Shown here: piece by piece, positions 45,440-57,865 of the stretch
Numbering within the stretch: the first letter of the stretch is position 1
How the letters are laid out: each line of letters starts with the position of its first letter
NCBI GenBank assembly: GCA_963514005.1
Contig: OY740794.1
Location: 13,826,001-13,890,000 of the forward strand
Direction: 5' to 3'
Length of the DNA: 64,000 bases
Origin: Raja brachyura
Lineage: Eukaryota
Translations under genes and position numbers: made by a program
The notes under the pieces: model-generated
Seen by the model: the letters and a program-made list of their open reading frames with translations, nothing else
Databases searched by the model: none
Told to the model about the DNA's origin: nothing

Positions 45440-46435
45440 TCTGTTGCCAGCACATAGATGCAATTTTCTTCGAAGATTGAAGAGATTTTCTTCGAAGATT
45501 GAAGAGATTGAAGATGTCTCCAGCAATCTTCTACAGAGGCACTTTAGAAAGTAGCCTGACTGGCTGCACCATGGCCAGGTAGTGCAAGCATGATGCACAG
45601 GAACATAAGAGGCTGCGGAGAGCGGTGGACTCGGCCCAGTTCCATCGCGGGCACAGCTCTCCGCACCATCAAAAGCTTCCGCACTAGGTGCTGCCTGAAG
45701 GTCGCATCTTTCATCAAGAATCTGCAACATTCAGGTCAAGAGCTCTTTTCATTGCTACCGTTGGTTGGGCAGGAGGTACAGAAGCCTGCAGTGCAACACT
45801 ACCAGATTGAGGAACAGCTACTTCCTTAGAACCGACAGGATCTTGATCTGAGCTGCATAATCACTATCCTGCCTCAGTAACTGAACTCTATGGACCATTT
45901 GTTACACCATGGCAGACTTGTTTCTTTCAATTGTATCTGGCACCAATATCTTGTTTTTGACACTTATTTCCATTGCTTTTAGTATTTTTGTGTAATTTAT
46001 GTACAATGTATTACTTTTAGACCTTAGGCTTTATAGATACAGCGCAGATGCAGGCCCTTCGCCCCACCAAGTCTGCGCTGACCAGCGATCACCCCGTACA
46101 CTAGCACTATCCTACACACTTGGGACAATTTACTTTTTTTTAAAACCGAAGGCAATTAACCCACAAACCTGTATGCCTTTGGTCTGTGGGAGGAAGCTAG
46201 AGCACCCAGAGAAAACCCACACGGTCACAGGGAGAACGCACAAACTCTGTACAGACAGCACCCGTGGTCAGGATCGAACCCGGGTCTGGCGCTGTAAGAC
46301 AGCAACTCTACTGCTTCGCCACCGTGCAAATTATGCTTTTGCGTGTCATCCAAGTCTACATGCCTGTGATGCCGTTGCAAGTAAGATTTTCATTATAAAA
46401 ACAACTCACTGGCATTGTGCATATGAATAAATTCA
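45440..46435 (+). mobile_element. Rex1/Babar-type LINE 3' fragment with a SINE inserted in its 3'UTR
   Basis: FLRRLKR..FYRGTLESSLTGCTMA..RCCLKVASFIKNLQHSGQELFSLLP..RRYRSLQCNTTRLRNSYF. Confidence 0.75.
46020..46327 (-). mobile_element. HE1-type SINE, near full length
   Basis: gatacagcgcagatgcaggcccttcg...caactctactgcttcgccaccgtgc. Confidence 0.88.
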
Positions 46436-46448
46436 ACGATTCAACGGA

Positions 46449-46545
46449 GTCTGTAGAAGGATTTCGGCCCGAAACGTTGCCTATTTCCTTCGCTCCATAG
46501 ATGCTGCCGCACCCGCTGAGTTTCTCCAGCACTTTTGTCTACCTA
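46449..46545 (+). mobile_element. PLE-terminus fragment with variant hammerhead core
   Basis: gtctgtagaaggatttcggcccgaaacgttgcctatttccttcgctccatagatgctgc. Confidence 0.7.
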
Positions 46546-47979
46546 CAACATATATGGTACTGGGTAGCTCAATGAGATTGAAATGAATCTAGACCTGCAC
46601 TGACCAAGGCAGGGAGAATGAAAGGAGGGAATGGAGGCAATCATGGAATTGAATATTTGTGCAAAGGACATTTGTTTATTTCTACATTTATTACAACAGG
46701 AAAACAACTGGAACAGCTAGCCAGAGCTCTAGATAGTGTTCTACATACTGTACCTTTGAGATGTCCTTGATTTCCCCACTATTTGCAGCAACACTGCATT
46801 CCATGCTATTTATGAGAAAGATCTAAAGCACTCACTCTGAAACTGAAAATCAATGTTATGTGAACAATGCTCACAACAATACTGACAAAACAAATTTGGT
46901 CTGCAAGCAAAGGACATTTCATTCTGGTGGGGGCATGTCATACAAATTCATGGAGAGGACAAACTACTTTGTGGATGGATGCAAGCATCATCTTGAAAAT
47001 AACTTGCTACAATTAATGAGGTCATAGAGTTAAGGTTTGAAAGGATAGGGTTCACGATCATTATATGCATTGAATTTGAGTAATAATTAACTTTTGGCAA
47101 TCTGCAGTAGTGTGTGACAAGGTACTGGGTTTTGCAAAATGTAAAACATCAGAGCCCGAACTTTATAGTCTGGAGTCCAGGTTGCAAACAATAAAGAACT
47201 ATTCAAATCTTTTATTGTAACTCACAAGGTAATACAAGAGTTTGACTTGTTACTTGAATGTTTGAGCTGATAAATAACTTGCGCTGGATTATAAACAGAC
47301 GTGTCTATCTATGAGCACAAACATGGTCTAAAATGTAATGCTCTGCTTGCCACCATGTAAATGACTGCTTTGACTGATGGAACATCATAGGTATCCTTTC
47401 TTGGTTGGTAGTGAAGCGGGTCGAACGTGCTTTTTGAAATGCTGGCACATTTGGAGATCTCTGATGTATCCCAGAGTGAGTTATTTTCCACGGATCAGTG
47501 TGAACCTTGCTCAGTCATTAAAGTGAAACACAAATCAGTCTGGTCTTCTTCTATTTAATTTGGACAATGTGGATCTGGGGGTATCCAACGGGTACAATGG
47601 ACTTGACCTTGTTTGAAAGTAAGGGCGAGGCTAATGACACATATTGCACTGCTACATCAGGGGAGTGTTCAGCATGACTATCTGCAAGGTATTATTTTTC
47701 ACTTCCATGAGCGGCTCAAAATTATCATTCAACCATCTGCATCCCCGATTCATTGGATTGGCCAGGACACGATGCTGAATCTGACATTGTAGACACAGAA
47801 GGTAGTGCTGTCCACTCTGGTCTAAACACAATTTTGCAGAGCTACACATCTTCATTACTGCAAAGAACCTCTCTTCCACTCAAAGGTACATCTTACAAAT
47901 GCGCTGGCCTCTTCTTTACACTTTGGAAATTTTCTAAAAGCTTAGCTTAAAAACAAACAGAAATGATTGAGTTTATTGA

Positions 47980-48180
47980 AACACGGAACTGCAGATGCTA
48001 GTTTACAAAAAAATACAAAGCAGTGGAATAACTCTGAAGAAGGGTCTCGACCCGAAACGTCGCCTATCTCCTTCACTCCTTAGATGCTGCTGCACCCGCT
48101 GAGTTTCTCCAGCTTTTTGTGTAACCCTCGAATAACTCTGTGGGTCAGGTAGCATCCCAGGAGAACACAGATAGATGCAG
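47980..48180. mobile_element. Young PLE-terminus insert (48037-48129, +) nested in an older opposite-strand copy
   Basis: 11-bp TSD GAATAACTCTG at 48026-48036 and 48130-48140. Confidence 0.82.
48034..48061 (+). ncRNA. Minimal hammerhead ribozyme motif
   Basis: CTGAAGAAGGGTCTCGACCCGAAACGTC. Confidence 0.7.
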
Positions 48181-48831
48181 TTACCATCAAAACTTGTCAC
48201 ATATTTGTCAATTAAAGTAAAATAACAGGATAATATACAATTAGATTCATACTTAGGAAATACTTTGCTTGCATGCTTGGTGATTAAATTAAATATATAT
48301 TACACAGTTATATTACACATGAAAGATCTCGCAAGAGCAAAATACAAAGTGATAATGAGAGATATGAGCAGAGCAGTTAAAATATTTTTATCAAAAAGTT
48401 CAATTTAGATTTAGTTGAAATTCGTCAGTAAATATCACAGGACAAAATATTTGTGCTCAGATGGAATACTTTAGTAATGATTGCACTCCTCTCATTCGTC
48501 AATGCAATGAAGCACTGATTTTTCCAAAAATCTATTGGCGCTTGGTTATAATGAGTGACTTGCAAAAATGGTCAGTTCTATTATTGGATTTGTAACACAG
48601 AGAGTTATTACAGAAAGTTATTAAAAAGTAGCAGATTATTTATTTCCTGCATTTAACCATTGAACTAAAGAGCAACACAAAGCAGTTCACGTTATATATT
48701 GCATCAAAGTGTGCATTAACTCTGGTTAAGTTGGTGCTGAACATGAAAGGAAATCCATTAATGGAGCAAAACTGAGAAAATGTTAAAACCCTTTTTGCAC
48801 ATGTTTGGTTCACAAGGCCAACGCAAGATAA

Positions 48832-49355
48832 GGATAGACACAAAATGGTGGAGTAACTTAGCAGGACAGGTAGCATCTTTGGATAGAAGGAATGGTTGAT
48901 GTTTTGGGCTGAGACCCTTCTTCAGACTGAGCATCAGGATGAGAGGGTGTTACAGAGATAAGGAAGTGTAAGAGATCAAAAGAGATGGAGATCAAGGAAA
49001 AAGTAGACCATTGTTAGCTAAGAGAAGGTGACAACAAAGCAAACAGAGGTACAATGAGAACATGGATAGGTTACGTTTCAGGTTGGAACCTTTCTTCAGG
49101 CTCAACAACTGTTTCTGATAGTTTAGAAGGGAAAATAATAGCTGGAGGAAGATTGAAGTCTGAAGCGCCCCTGAAGCAGGCAACACCTTGTAGTAGAGTG
49201 GAATTGAAGCCACAGCCTAATTCAAGGTGTTAAAGAAGGGACTGCAGATGCTGGAGAATCGAGGGTACACAAAAAGCTGGAGAAACTCAGCGGGTGCAGC
49301 AGCATCTAAGGAGCGAAGGAGATAGGCGACGTTTCGGGTCGAGACCCTTCTTCAG
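48832..49355 (-). mobile_element. Tandem PLE 3' terminal-repeat fragments
   Basis: Three minus-strand copies at ~48832-49050, ~49055-49100 and 49227-49355; the last has an intact core. Confidence 0.78.
49328..49355 (-). ncRNA. Minimal hammerhead ribozyme motif, sense to MECOM
   Basis: Reverse complement of CTGAAGAAGGGTCTCGACCCGAAACGTC. Confidence 0.68.
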
Positions 49356-50986
49356 GTAATGCATGAGTTTGTGATACCAATGTTGCACTTTTAACACTTT
49401 CTCAGTTTTGCTCCTTTCTCCATCATTTACTGGATTTCCTGCTTCCTTTCAAGTTATGCAGCTTCCTCAGAGTATAATCATATTTTTTTTTATCAGGGAG
49501 AATAAATGGAAATATATTACTGCTAATTCAAAGATAACAAATTAATTTTTGTTTTGAAAATTTTCAAAAGAAAAACACCATTTGTTTTTCAGCTAATAAA
49601 TAGGGAATACTCATGAAAAGCCAGATCTAGGAGCTGCTTCATCAGCCAACTCTTTCAAGTGTACTTGAGTAGGTTCCTCCTCACTACAAGGTTCCTGGCT
49701 CACATGAAACTACACTCAATTCTGCAATGTAGACAGCTGACTTTTCATTTCCCACATTGCATACAACTTCCTTTTGTCATGAATTATTGGAACCAATTCT
49801 TAGTAAGTAGTTTACTGGAAAAAAACCTGTTATACCCTGGAGTAGAAGCTATCTGATTTAGTTATTATCCTGTATTCACAACAAAGGGAACTGTACAGAT
49901 CAAAGATTTTATTCAATTCAAAGGCTTAAAAGTTACTTGCTCAACTTCAGTAGAGATAATTTTCCTCAAATAAATACATTCATCAGCTCACTGCTCGATT
50001 GTAATCATGTATTGTCTTTCCACTGACTGGTAAGCATGAATTAAATGCATTACATTGTACCTCGGTACACATGACAATAAGCTGAACTCAAAACTTAACT
50101 CATTAAAACTACCTATATACACATACAATTAAATGTATTTGAGACAACCAAAAATGCATTCTGCCCTAACTGGAAATGAGAAGAATAGGACCACAGGAAG
50201 AGGAGCAGGGTGACATCTGACTAAAGCATCTCTCTTTATTGAAGCTGTTTTGGCAGGTAGGAGATGGATGGTCAATGAGTGGGTGGCACAAAGAACACAC
50301 CACAATCCGTGTCATTCACTGAAATCTCTCCTTTGTCCTCCAATTATAAAAGGAATATCAAACAGCGCAAATATGTTTGGATCTCCCAACTGCCACTGCA
50401 TCCCTTTGTGTTATCAGTTCCCCCATTTTGTGGATGCATTTACTTCCCATTGAAATACAGCACAGATTGGGACAGTTTAGGCCACAGCTCTCCTTCAAAT
50501 TCTAAATAGCTGACCTTCGTCAAAATTGTAATTACAATCTATCATATTGCCTGATTAAAATGAGGTGCAGAAACAAAAGCAAGCAAGCGGGGGAGGCAGG
50601 GTGTGGCATCAACAGCCATCGGTAATTCCATCCGCAACACCCAAGATCCCTTATAAGAGGTACGTTAAAATAAGGGTTCACTGTATGGCCCAACCTAAGT
50701 TGCAATATTACTTCCTGACATTTATGCTCAATGCCTTGGCAAGTGAAGGTAAATATAATTTCATGATCACTCTATCCACTTGTGTTGCTACTTCCATGGA
50801 ACAATGGATTTGCACCCCAAGATTCCCTATGTACAACAATAAAATATTAGTCAATAAAATCAATATGACCAATCAAATCAAACAATGCTGATTGATTGAA
50901 CAGTGAAGGCTCAGTTAGACATTTTTCTTAAACATTTACATGGTGATGTTTATTATTGCATATATTTGATTGTAACAAATATTATG

Positions 50987-51297
50987 GCTTGGTGGCGTAG
51001 CGGTAGAGTGCCATAATATTACAGTGCCAGAGACCCGGGTTCGATCCTGACCATGGGTTCGCTCTTTTCGGAGTTTGTACGTTCTGCCTGGGCTTTCTCT
51101 GACATCATCGGTTTCCTCCCACACTCCAAATATGTACAGGTTTGCTGGTTAATTGGCTTGGCTATAAATGTAAAATTGTTCCGGGTGTGTGTAGGGCAGT
51201 GTAAAGTGTATGTGCGGGCATTGATGGTCGGTGCAGACTCGGTGGGCTGATGGGCCTGTTTCCGGGCTGTATCTTTAAGGTAAACTAAACTAAACAA
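50987..51297 (+). mobile_element. HE1-type SINE, near full length
   Basis: ggtggcgtagcggtagag...ccgggttcgatcc (B box)...gggcctgtttcc...(ctaaa)n. Confidence 0.88.
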
Positions 51298-52018
51298 ATA
51301 TACACTCACTTCTAACACCTACGCAGTTGCAAATGGCAGAGGAATGTTAATCCTAATTTAAATACTTATCGTTTGCACTTGTGATGACAGTTCAGATCAT
51401 TAATTTGAAATGCCAACTGCGTTTCCTTCACTAGGTGCTACTTGACCGACTGATTATTTCCAGTATCTTCGGGCTTAATTTCTAGGGAAATAAATATCAA
51501 ATGTCAAGAAAGATAGTGTTGCAAAGTTTTACACAAAAGCAAATTTTGCAAGGATTTCGTTGGAGTATAGATCTGTAAACTGGTGAAGAAATCAAATGAT
51601 ATCATGTTACAACAGTCAGTAAAGTGAACAAGCAATGCTCTCCACTTTTCCAGATTATTCAACCACATAATCCTGAGATAGTGGAAACTGGAATTGTGTT
51701 TGGATTCTTCTCTGCATTTTTTTTGTTTCAAGTTGAGCTGGATTGATGGGACAAAAGTCTTCTCCCTTTTGTTATTCAGGTATGTTAAGAGCATAAAGCC
51801 TAGTGAAACTTCAACCCGGGTCTGCTGCTAGGTTGGCATATTTTGACTCTAAATTGCAATTTATTTACATAATATAAGGAAGATTATCAAGCAAACATCA
51901 GATTTAACCGATTCAGTGCCACTCTGGAGTATACCCGGGTTTTGGCAAATAGTGAAAAAAAAACTTGGTAGTGAACAGGTTAATGAGGCTTGGGTTAAAT
52001 GTTTTGGGGATTGCTTTA

Positions 52019-52657
52019 AGGGCCTGTCCCACATAAGCAATTTTTTTTGTGACTACAGGCGACGAGGCTGTCGCTACATGGTCGCGAGGTGACGCCTGTA
52101 TGGTTAGTCTCCTCAAGTCGCCTAAAGAGTGGTAACTTTTTTCTTGTCACCGCTGGATTTTGCAATGTTCAAAACCTTTCGGTGACTGTGGGCTTGATGT
52201 AGCTTGTCTTCTCCTGTCGTAGGTGCTGTCGAATGTTGTCGCCAGGATGACGCAGGTTGTCGCCAGGTGATGACCGGTGAATTCCATTGGCGACTACCTA
52301 CATCGACCTCCGTCAACTGGCGACAGGTACTGTCGACTGAATTATCTTCAGTTGTCTTCAGTTGTCGCCGACGGAGTCGTAGCTTGCCAGAGCTTGTGGT
52401 TTATATTGGTTGTCGTAGGTTGTCGCCTGTGTGGTCGTAGGTTGTTGTATGTGTCGTCATAGGTAGGTGTGTCGCAGGTGGACGTCCTGTCGCGAAGAAT
52501 TGGATCACCGTTTGTCGTAGCTTGACGTGGATTAGGTGGTAGGTTGTCGTAGACATTGTCGTAGGGGGTGTCCAGTGGCCGGTTTCCCGGTGCTCTGCTA
52601 CAACTGTGACTGTCGCCGGCAGCCGCCAAAAAAAATCACCTATGTGGGACAGGCCCT
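52019..52657. mobile_element. PIF/Harbinger-like MITE, 639 bp
   Basis: TIR AGGGCCTGTCCCACATA / TATGTGGGACAGGCCCT; TTA on the left, TCA on the right; interior built of many (t)gtcgt/gtcgc motifs. Confidence 0.87.
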
Positions 52658-52741
52658 TCACCCTGCAGCTTCAATCTAACCAATAGTATTTCTGCCTTGG
52701 GGATGCTTAGTTCAAAATGGAAACATCTTCTGACAGAAGAT

Positions 52742-52895
52742 TGGTCATAGATATGGTCATAAGTGATAGGAGCAGAATTAGGCCATTCGGCCCATCAAGT
52801 CTACTCCGCCATTCAATCATGGCTGATCAATCTCTCCCTCCTAACTCCATTCTCCTGCCTTCTCAACGTAACCTTTGACACCAGTACTAATCAAA
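52742..52895 (-). mobile_element. CR1 LINE 3' tail
   Basis: ggccattcggcccatcaagtctactccgccattcaatcatggctgatc. Confidence 0.8.
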
Positions 52896-53734
52896 CTGCA
52901 CCCTCAACTTGATGGGCATTTTTTTCCTCTCTAAATAAAACCAATTTCATTAAAATATGTGAAAACAAAATTATTTATCCAACATCAAATTTAAAAATCT
53001 GGACCTGGGAGTACTGATATCTATTTGTTTAACAGAAAGCGTAGGAATTAATTCTTAATTGATCATGCTAATGCACAGACCAGTAATAGATGCATGTTCA
53101 AATCCTCTGCCGGATTTTGATCTGCTCAAGTTGATGACAATAAACTGCATTTCTGTGGCAAAGTAATATGCTTGGTTGCTACTTTCTCACACAGTTGGCA
53201 AGCCAACTAAGAAATCATTTTTATCCCTAAATCTAACTTCAGTTGCATTAATTGCAGCATGGTATCAATTAAAAAATGAAACTACTGCCCTTGTGGATCA
53301 TGGAAGAAAACCGGTTAGGTTCAGATGGTTTTGGAGCTGCTACATTTCCAGAGATTTCCAAATAACAGGAATTATTCCATTTCAGTGCAGTCAAGAATGG
53401 AACATTTATCATTTATGATTATTTCTTTTGGATAGAATCAAGATGAAAATGGCCACAGCACTCAGGCAAATCCTAAAGTGTGCAAAGCAGGCTCAACTTT
53501 TCTAAAACATGCCAAATGCTTGAAAGCAGAATATGGGAGGTGCCCCATTTCTCTTGCTTCCATCTGCTCCAAGTGAGCATGGATAGTGGACATGATGCAG
53601 CGGCCACAAATCAAAGTCTGCCAAAACAGTGTCAAAAATGCTCACATATTTCCACATCTTCCAAACAGAGAGGATCAAATAATGTACTAGACTGACATGC
53701 TCAGCGGTACTTAGGATGGCACTGTGATGCAAAG

Positions 53735-54050
53735 CAGCACAGTAATGCAGCTAATAGAGCTGCTGTCTCTTACGCGAGAGATCCTGAACTTTGGTACTGG
53801 TTTTGATCCTGACCTTGGGTACTGTGGGCGTGGAGTTTTCGTGTTCTCCCGGTGACTGCATGGGTTTCCTCTGGGTGCTCCAGTTTCCCCCCACATCCCA
53901 AAAATGTGCAGTTTTCATCTCTGTAAATTGCCCAAAGTGTTGAAGGAATGGGATAGAAAGGGGGATAACATAGAACTAGCATGAACGGGCGATGATCGGT
54001 GGTCAGCATGGACTCGGTAGGCCGAAGGGCCTGTTTCCATTCTGTATCTT
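53735..54050 (+). mobile_element. HE1-type SINE (diverged)
   Basis: gcacagtaatgcagctaatagagctgctg...ggccgaagggcctgtttccattctgtat. Confidence 0.8.
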
Positions 54051-54189
54051 TCATTCCATCAATGAAACTTAGTGAAAGTAATGACAAGATAATAGATTTA
54101 AAGAACCCTACTCCTTCGCTGAAACCATGTGGGCAGAAAGGCAGATTTTCTATGAACAAATTACTGAGCAGACAGAAAATAAACTGCCA

Positions 54190-54409
54190 AAATGGAACAG
54201 GACAGGCAGCGTCTCTGGATAGAACGGGTGACATTTCGGGTCGAGACCCTTCAAGAACCGATATCTGCAGTTCCTTCCTACACATTTCAGAAGAAGGGTC
54301 TCGACCTGAAACATCACCCATTCTCTCCAGTCCTGCCTGTCCCGCTGAGTTACTCCAGTATGTTGTCTATCTTCGGTGTAAACCAGCATCTGCAGTTCCT
54401 TCCTACACA
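54190..54409. mobile_element. Fold-back PLE-terminus element
   Basis: gggtgacatttcgggtcgagaccctt followed by agaagaagggtctcgacctgaaacatcaccc...cttcctacac. Confidence 0.8.
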
Positions 54410-54957
54410 GTTTTTCATCTCTTGACATATGTTGCTAGATATTCCCATTTCAAGGTGTCCTTTTCTCTGTTCAGTTTCTCTGAAACTGCCTGTTTCTATA
54501 GTAATGGCTACTTGAGGCCTTTGGCACTTTGACATCTTTGGTTTGTATCCTACCACAAATATTCCCTCTGTCTTCCCCTTTTCGACTACTTAAAACCCAC
54601 TTGTTTTCTTACTTTAGATTCCGATAGAATTCCTTGCCCTGAAAAATTGATCAGTTCTCCCTCCTGACGTAGTGGGGTCTTTTGTATTTTCTGTTTTCGT
54701 GTTGCAAATGAAGACCGATTTGGCTTGAAATGTCAAACCAGTAATGCTTAAAAAAAATTATCTTACAGTCACAAACCCAAGCTTTTGTTCACTCAAATTA
54801 CTTCAGGGCAAAGGTCTTTGGCATATTTTATTCTTTTTGCATTTGGATTTTGTTCAGTTTCTTTTGCTCTATGTACAATGTGTCTGAAAACCAGTTCATC
54901 TGCAGTGCCTTATGATATGCGTATAATGTCACAATCTGGCTTCACAGCCTCCAGTAA

Positions 54958-55312
54958 AGCCCCTGTCCCACTGTACGAGGTAATACAAGAGTTCTCCCGG
55001 GTTTTCCCCTGATTCGAACTCGGAGAATATCCGTAGTCGGTCCGTAGGAGTTCGTGGATTTCTCGTCGCGGCTCATACGAGTAAAAAGTAACAATTTATT
55101 TCATCACAAGTATTTTTTTACTCGTGGACATTTTTTGCAGGGATGGAAAAACGTCACGAGTTTACCGAATGTCCTGAGTACCTACCGTTAGCATTACGAG
55201 CTGCTACGAGACATCCACAGGCTCCTACGGACCCACTACGGACATTGTCCGAGTTTGGATCAGGGGGAAACTCGGAAGAAATCTTGAATTACCTCGTACA
55301 GTGGGACAGGGG
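54958..55312. mobile_element. PIF/Harbinger-like MITE, ~355 bp
   Basis: TAA|AGCCCCTGTCCCACTGTACGAGGTAAT ... ATTACCTCGTACAGTGGGACAGGGG; the last 2 bp and the right TSD are missing. Confidence 0.82.
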
Positions 55313-55520
55313 AAGACGTACCAAATCAAAAGACAAAAAAAGTAAGTGTATCTTGAAAACATACACCACCACAAAGCATAAGAGGGAGCTCTGTCAATTC
55401 AGGAGAGCAACATGGGCTTTTGTCTTAAACTAGTACTGTGAGCATCTATTGAAAATTGGCTCTCATGTGTCCAGGTTAACACATTCCCAATAATTTAATG
55501 AGTCTGGATTACTCAAAAAA

Positions 55521-56436
55521 AGACACAAAGTATAGGAGTAACTCAGTGGGTCAGGCAGGATATCTGGAGAACTGGGATAGTTGATGTTTTGTGTCGGGAC
55601 CTTTCTTGGTATTGATTGTAGTAGTGGGGGAAAGCTGGAACTGATGTGGGGCAGGACAAAACCTGGCGAGGTGGATGGGCAACGGCTAGAGATGTGGCCA
55701 GTAGTGGGATCTCCAATGGGATCGCATCACTGGCCACATCTACACATCTCCATCCCTTTCTGCTTTCCACAGAGAATGCTCCCTCCATAACTCACTGGTC
55801 AATTCATCCCTTCCCACCCAAACCACCCCCTCCCTGGGTACTTTCCCCTGCAACCACAGGAAATGCAACACTTGTCCCTATACCTCCCCCCTCAACGCCA
55901 TCAAGGACCCAAGCATTCTTTCCAGGTGAGGCAGAGGTTCACCTGCACCTCCTCCAACCTTATCTATTGCATCCGCTGTTCTAAGTGTCAACTGCTCTAC
56001 ATTGGTGAGACCAAGCGCAGGCTCGGTGATCGCTTCGCTGAACACCTCTGATCAGTCCGTGTTAACCAACTTGATCGCCCGGTTGCTCAGCACTTCAACT
56101 CCCCCTCCCATTCCCAATCTGACCTTTCTGTCGTGGGCCTCCCCTATTGTGAGAGTGAGGCCCATCGCAAATTGGAGGAACAGCACCTCATATTTTGCTT
56201 GGGTTAGTTTACACCCCAGCGGTAGGAACATTGACTTCTCTAATTTTAGATAGCCCTTGCATCTCCCTCCTACCCCTCCCCCTTCCCAATTCTCCCACAA
56301 GTCTTACTGTCTCCGCCTACTTCCTTTCTTTTTCCCGTCCCCCCCCCCCGATGTCAGTCTGAAGAAGGGAATCGACCCGAAACGTCGCCTATTCCTTCTC
56401 TCCATAGATGCTGCCTCACCCGCTGAGTTCCTCCAA
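55521..56436 (+). mobile_element. Penelope-like element remnant: inverted 5' terminal repeat, GIY-YIG endonuclease pseudo-ORF, 3' repeat with hammerhead motif (56359-56386)
   Basis: KHSFQVRQRFTCTSSNLIYCIRCSKCQLLYIGETKRRLGDRFAEHL*SVR..PVAQHFNSPSHS..RKLEEQHLIF; internal stop at 56049-56051; minus-oriented repeat at 55521-55610. Confidence 0.9.
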
Positions 56437-57152
56437 GGTTTACAATATTCTGTACTGTAATAATACAAAGTATTTTGCAAAATGTGCCTGCACATCCAAA
56501 AATCAATATTACCAATACACACAAACACAATAGCTTAACATATGCTGGCACCTGGGAATGAAAGGCTCCTGAGAATCTCAGGCCTGTTATAACAAATATG
56601 TTCTTCCTCCTTGGCCTCCACCCACCCCCTCACTTCATGTGATAGAAGCACCATTATTGTCAAGAACAGCTTAGCACAGAATCTGTACCTCGATGGGAAG
56701 AATAATTTTACTATGTGGTTTGCCAAAGCATATACAGTAGCACGGTTAGATATACACCTGAACGTACAAAATGGCACTGACTTTTGTGACCAATAATCAT
56801 AAAAATATAATATTCTAGTAATTATCCTCAGAACTCATCTGCCATTGCAGCTTAAAATGTACTATAGGAAGCTCATGCTATATACAAGCCACATGCTGAG
56901 ATATATTTCATCGTAAACTTATTCAAGGCAGACCATGATAATTTAATCAGTCAGATGGAATTAATCCCAAGTCCTACGACCTAATTCTCCATTCACTTCC
57001 TTGTTATCCCATTCCACTCATCATAGTGTGCAGCCTGCCTTCTGCATTTCAACAAAACATATTGCTCAAGGTCTCTAATTCACCTGGCTGGTAGTCTTTG
57101 TTGAAATTATTATATTAGTTTTGACAACGACAGCATCCCTGATGTTCGCCTT

Positions 57153-57280
57153 ACAGGCAACAATGTGGAAATCATTAATACACCTTTCTTGGGTACCCAT
57201 ATGCCTAGCCAAACACGTTTATGGATAGACATATGGACATCCAAGAAAGGTGTATTAACAATTTCCATATTGTTGCCTGT
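57153..57280. repeat. 128-bp imperfect inverted repeat
   Basis: ACAGGCAACAATGTGGAAATCATTAATACACCTTTCTTGG... is mirrored by ...CCAAGAAAGGTGTATTAACAATTTCCATATTGTTGCCTGT. Confidence 0.9.
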
Positions 57281-57544
57281 GATCTGCACATACCCTATAT
57301 CCCTCCATCCACATGCCAATCCAAACATGTTTATGGATATGCAGAGAATGGAGGTTATGTGCAGATAGATAAGTGATGGTCTTAGCCTCTTGCTCGGTAC
57401 AGATATTGTGGGCCGAAGGGCCTGTTCTTGTGTGATACTCTTCTACGTTCTATGATCTTTCCACAAAATACATTGACAATCCTTACTGATTTTGTCATTC
57501 TTTTCCGTGGAGTTTAAATGTTGGGCTGTGATTCACAAAGACAT

Positions 57545-57865
57545 TAGTTTAGTTTTTAGTATATGGATACAGCGCGGAAACAGGCCCTTCAGCCCACCGG
57601 GTCTGCACCTACCAACAATCCCAATACACTAACACTATCCTACACACACGAGGGACATTTTTTAAAAACATTTATACCAAGTCAATTAACCTACAAACCA
57701 GTACGACTTTGGAGTGTGGGAGGAAACCGGAGATCTTGGAGAAAACCCGCGCAGTCACGGCAAGAAAGCACAAACTCCGTACAGACAGCACCTATTGTCA
57801 GGATCGAACCTGGGTCTCTGGGGCTGTAAGGCAGCAAGTCTACCGCTACGCCACCATGGTGCCCT
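57545..57865 (-). mobile_element. HE1-type SINE, near full length
   Basis: (ttagt)n gatacagcgcggaaacaggcccttc...ctaccgctacgccaccatggtgcc. Confidence 0.88.

Noticed and set aside
52122-52661. Short repeated gtcgt/gtcgc units resembling an array (CRISPR-like or minisatellite)
   Set aside because: Irregular motifs inside TIR-bounded MITEs, no constant repeat-spacer period, eukaryotic context.
53770-54532. 183-aa and 177-aa ORFs
   Set aside because: Read through SINE and PLE-terminus repeats; the same peptides recur at other repeat copies.
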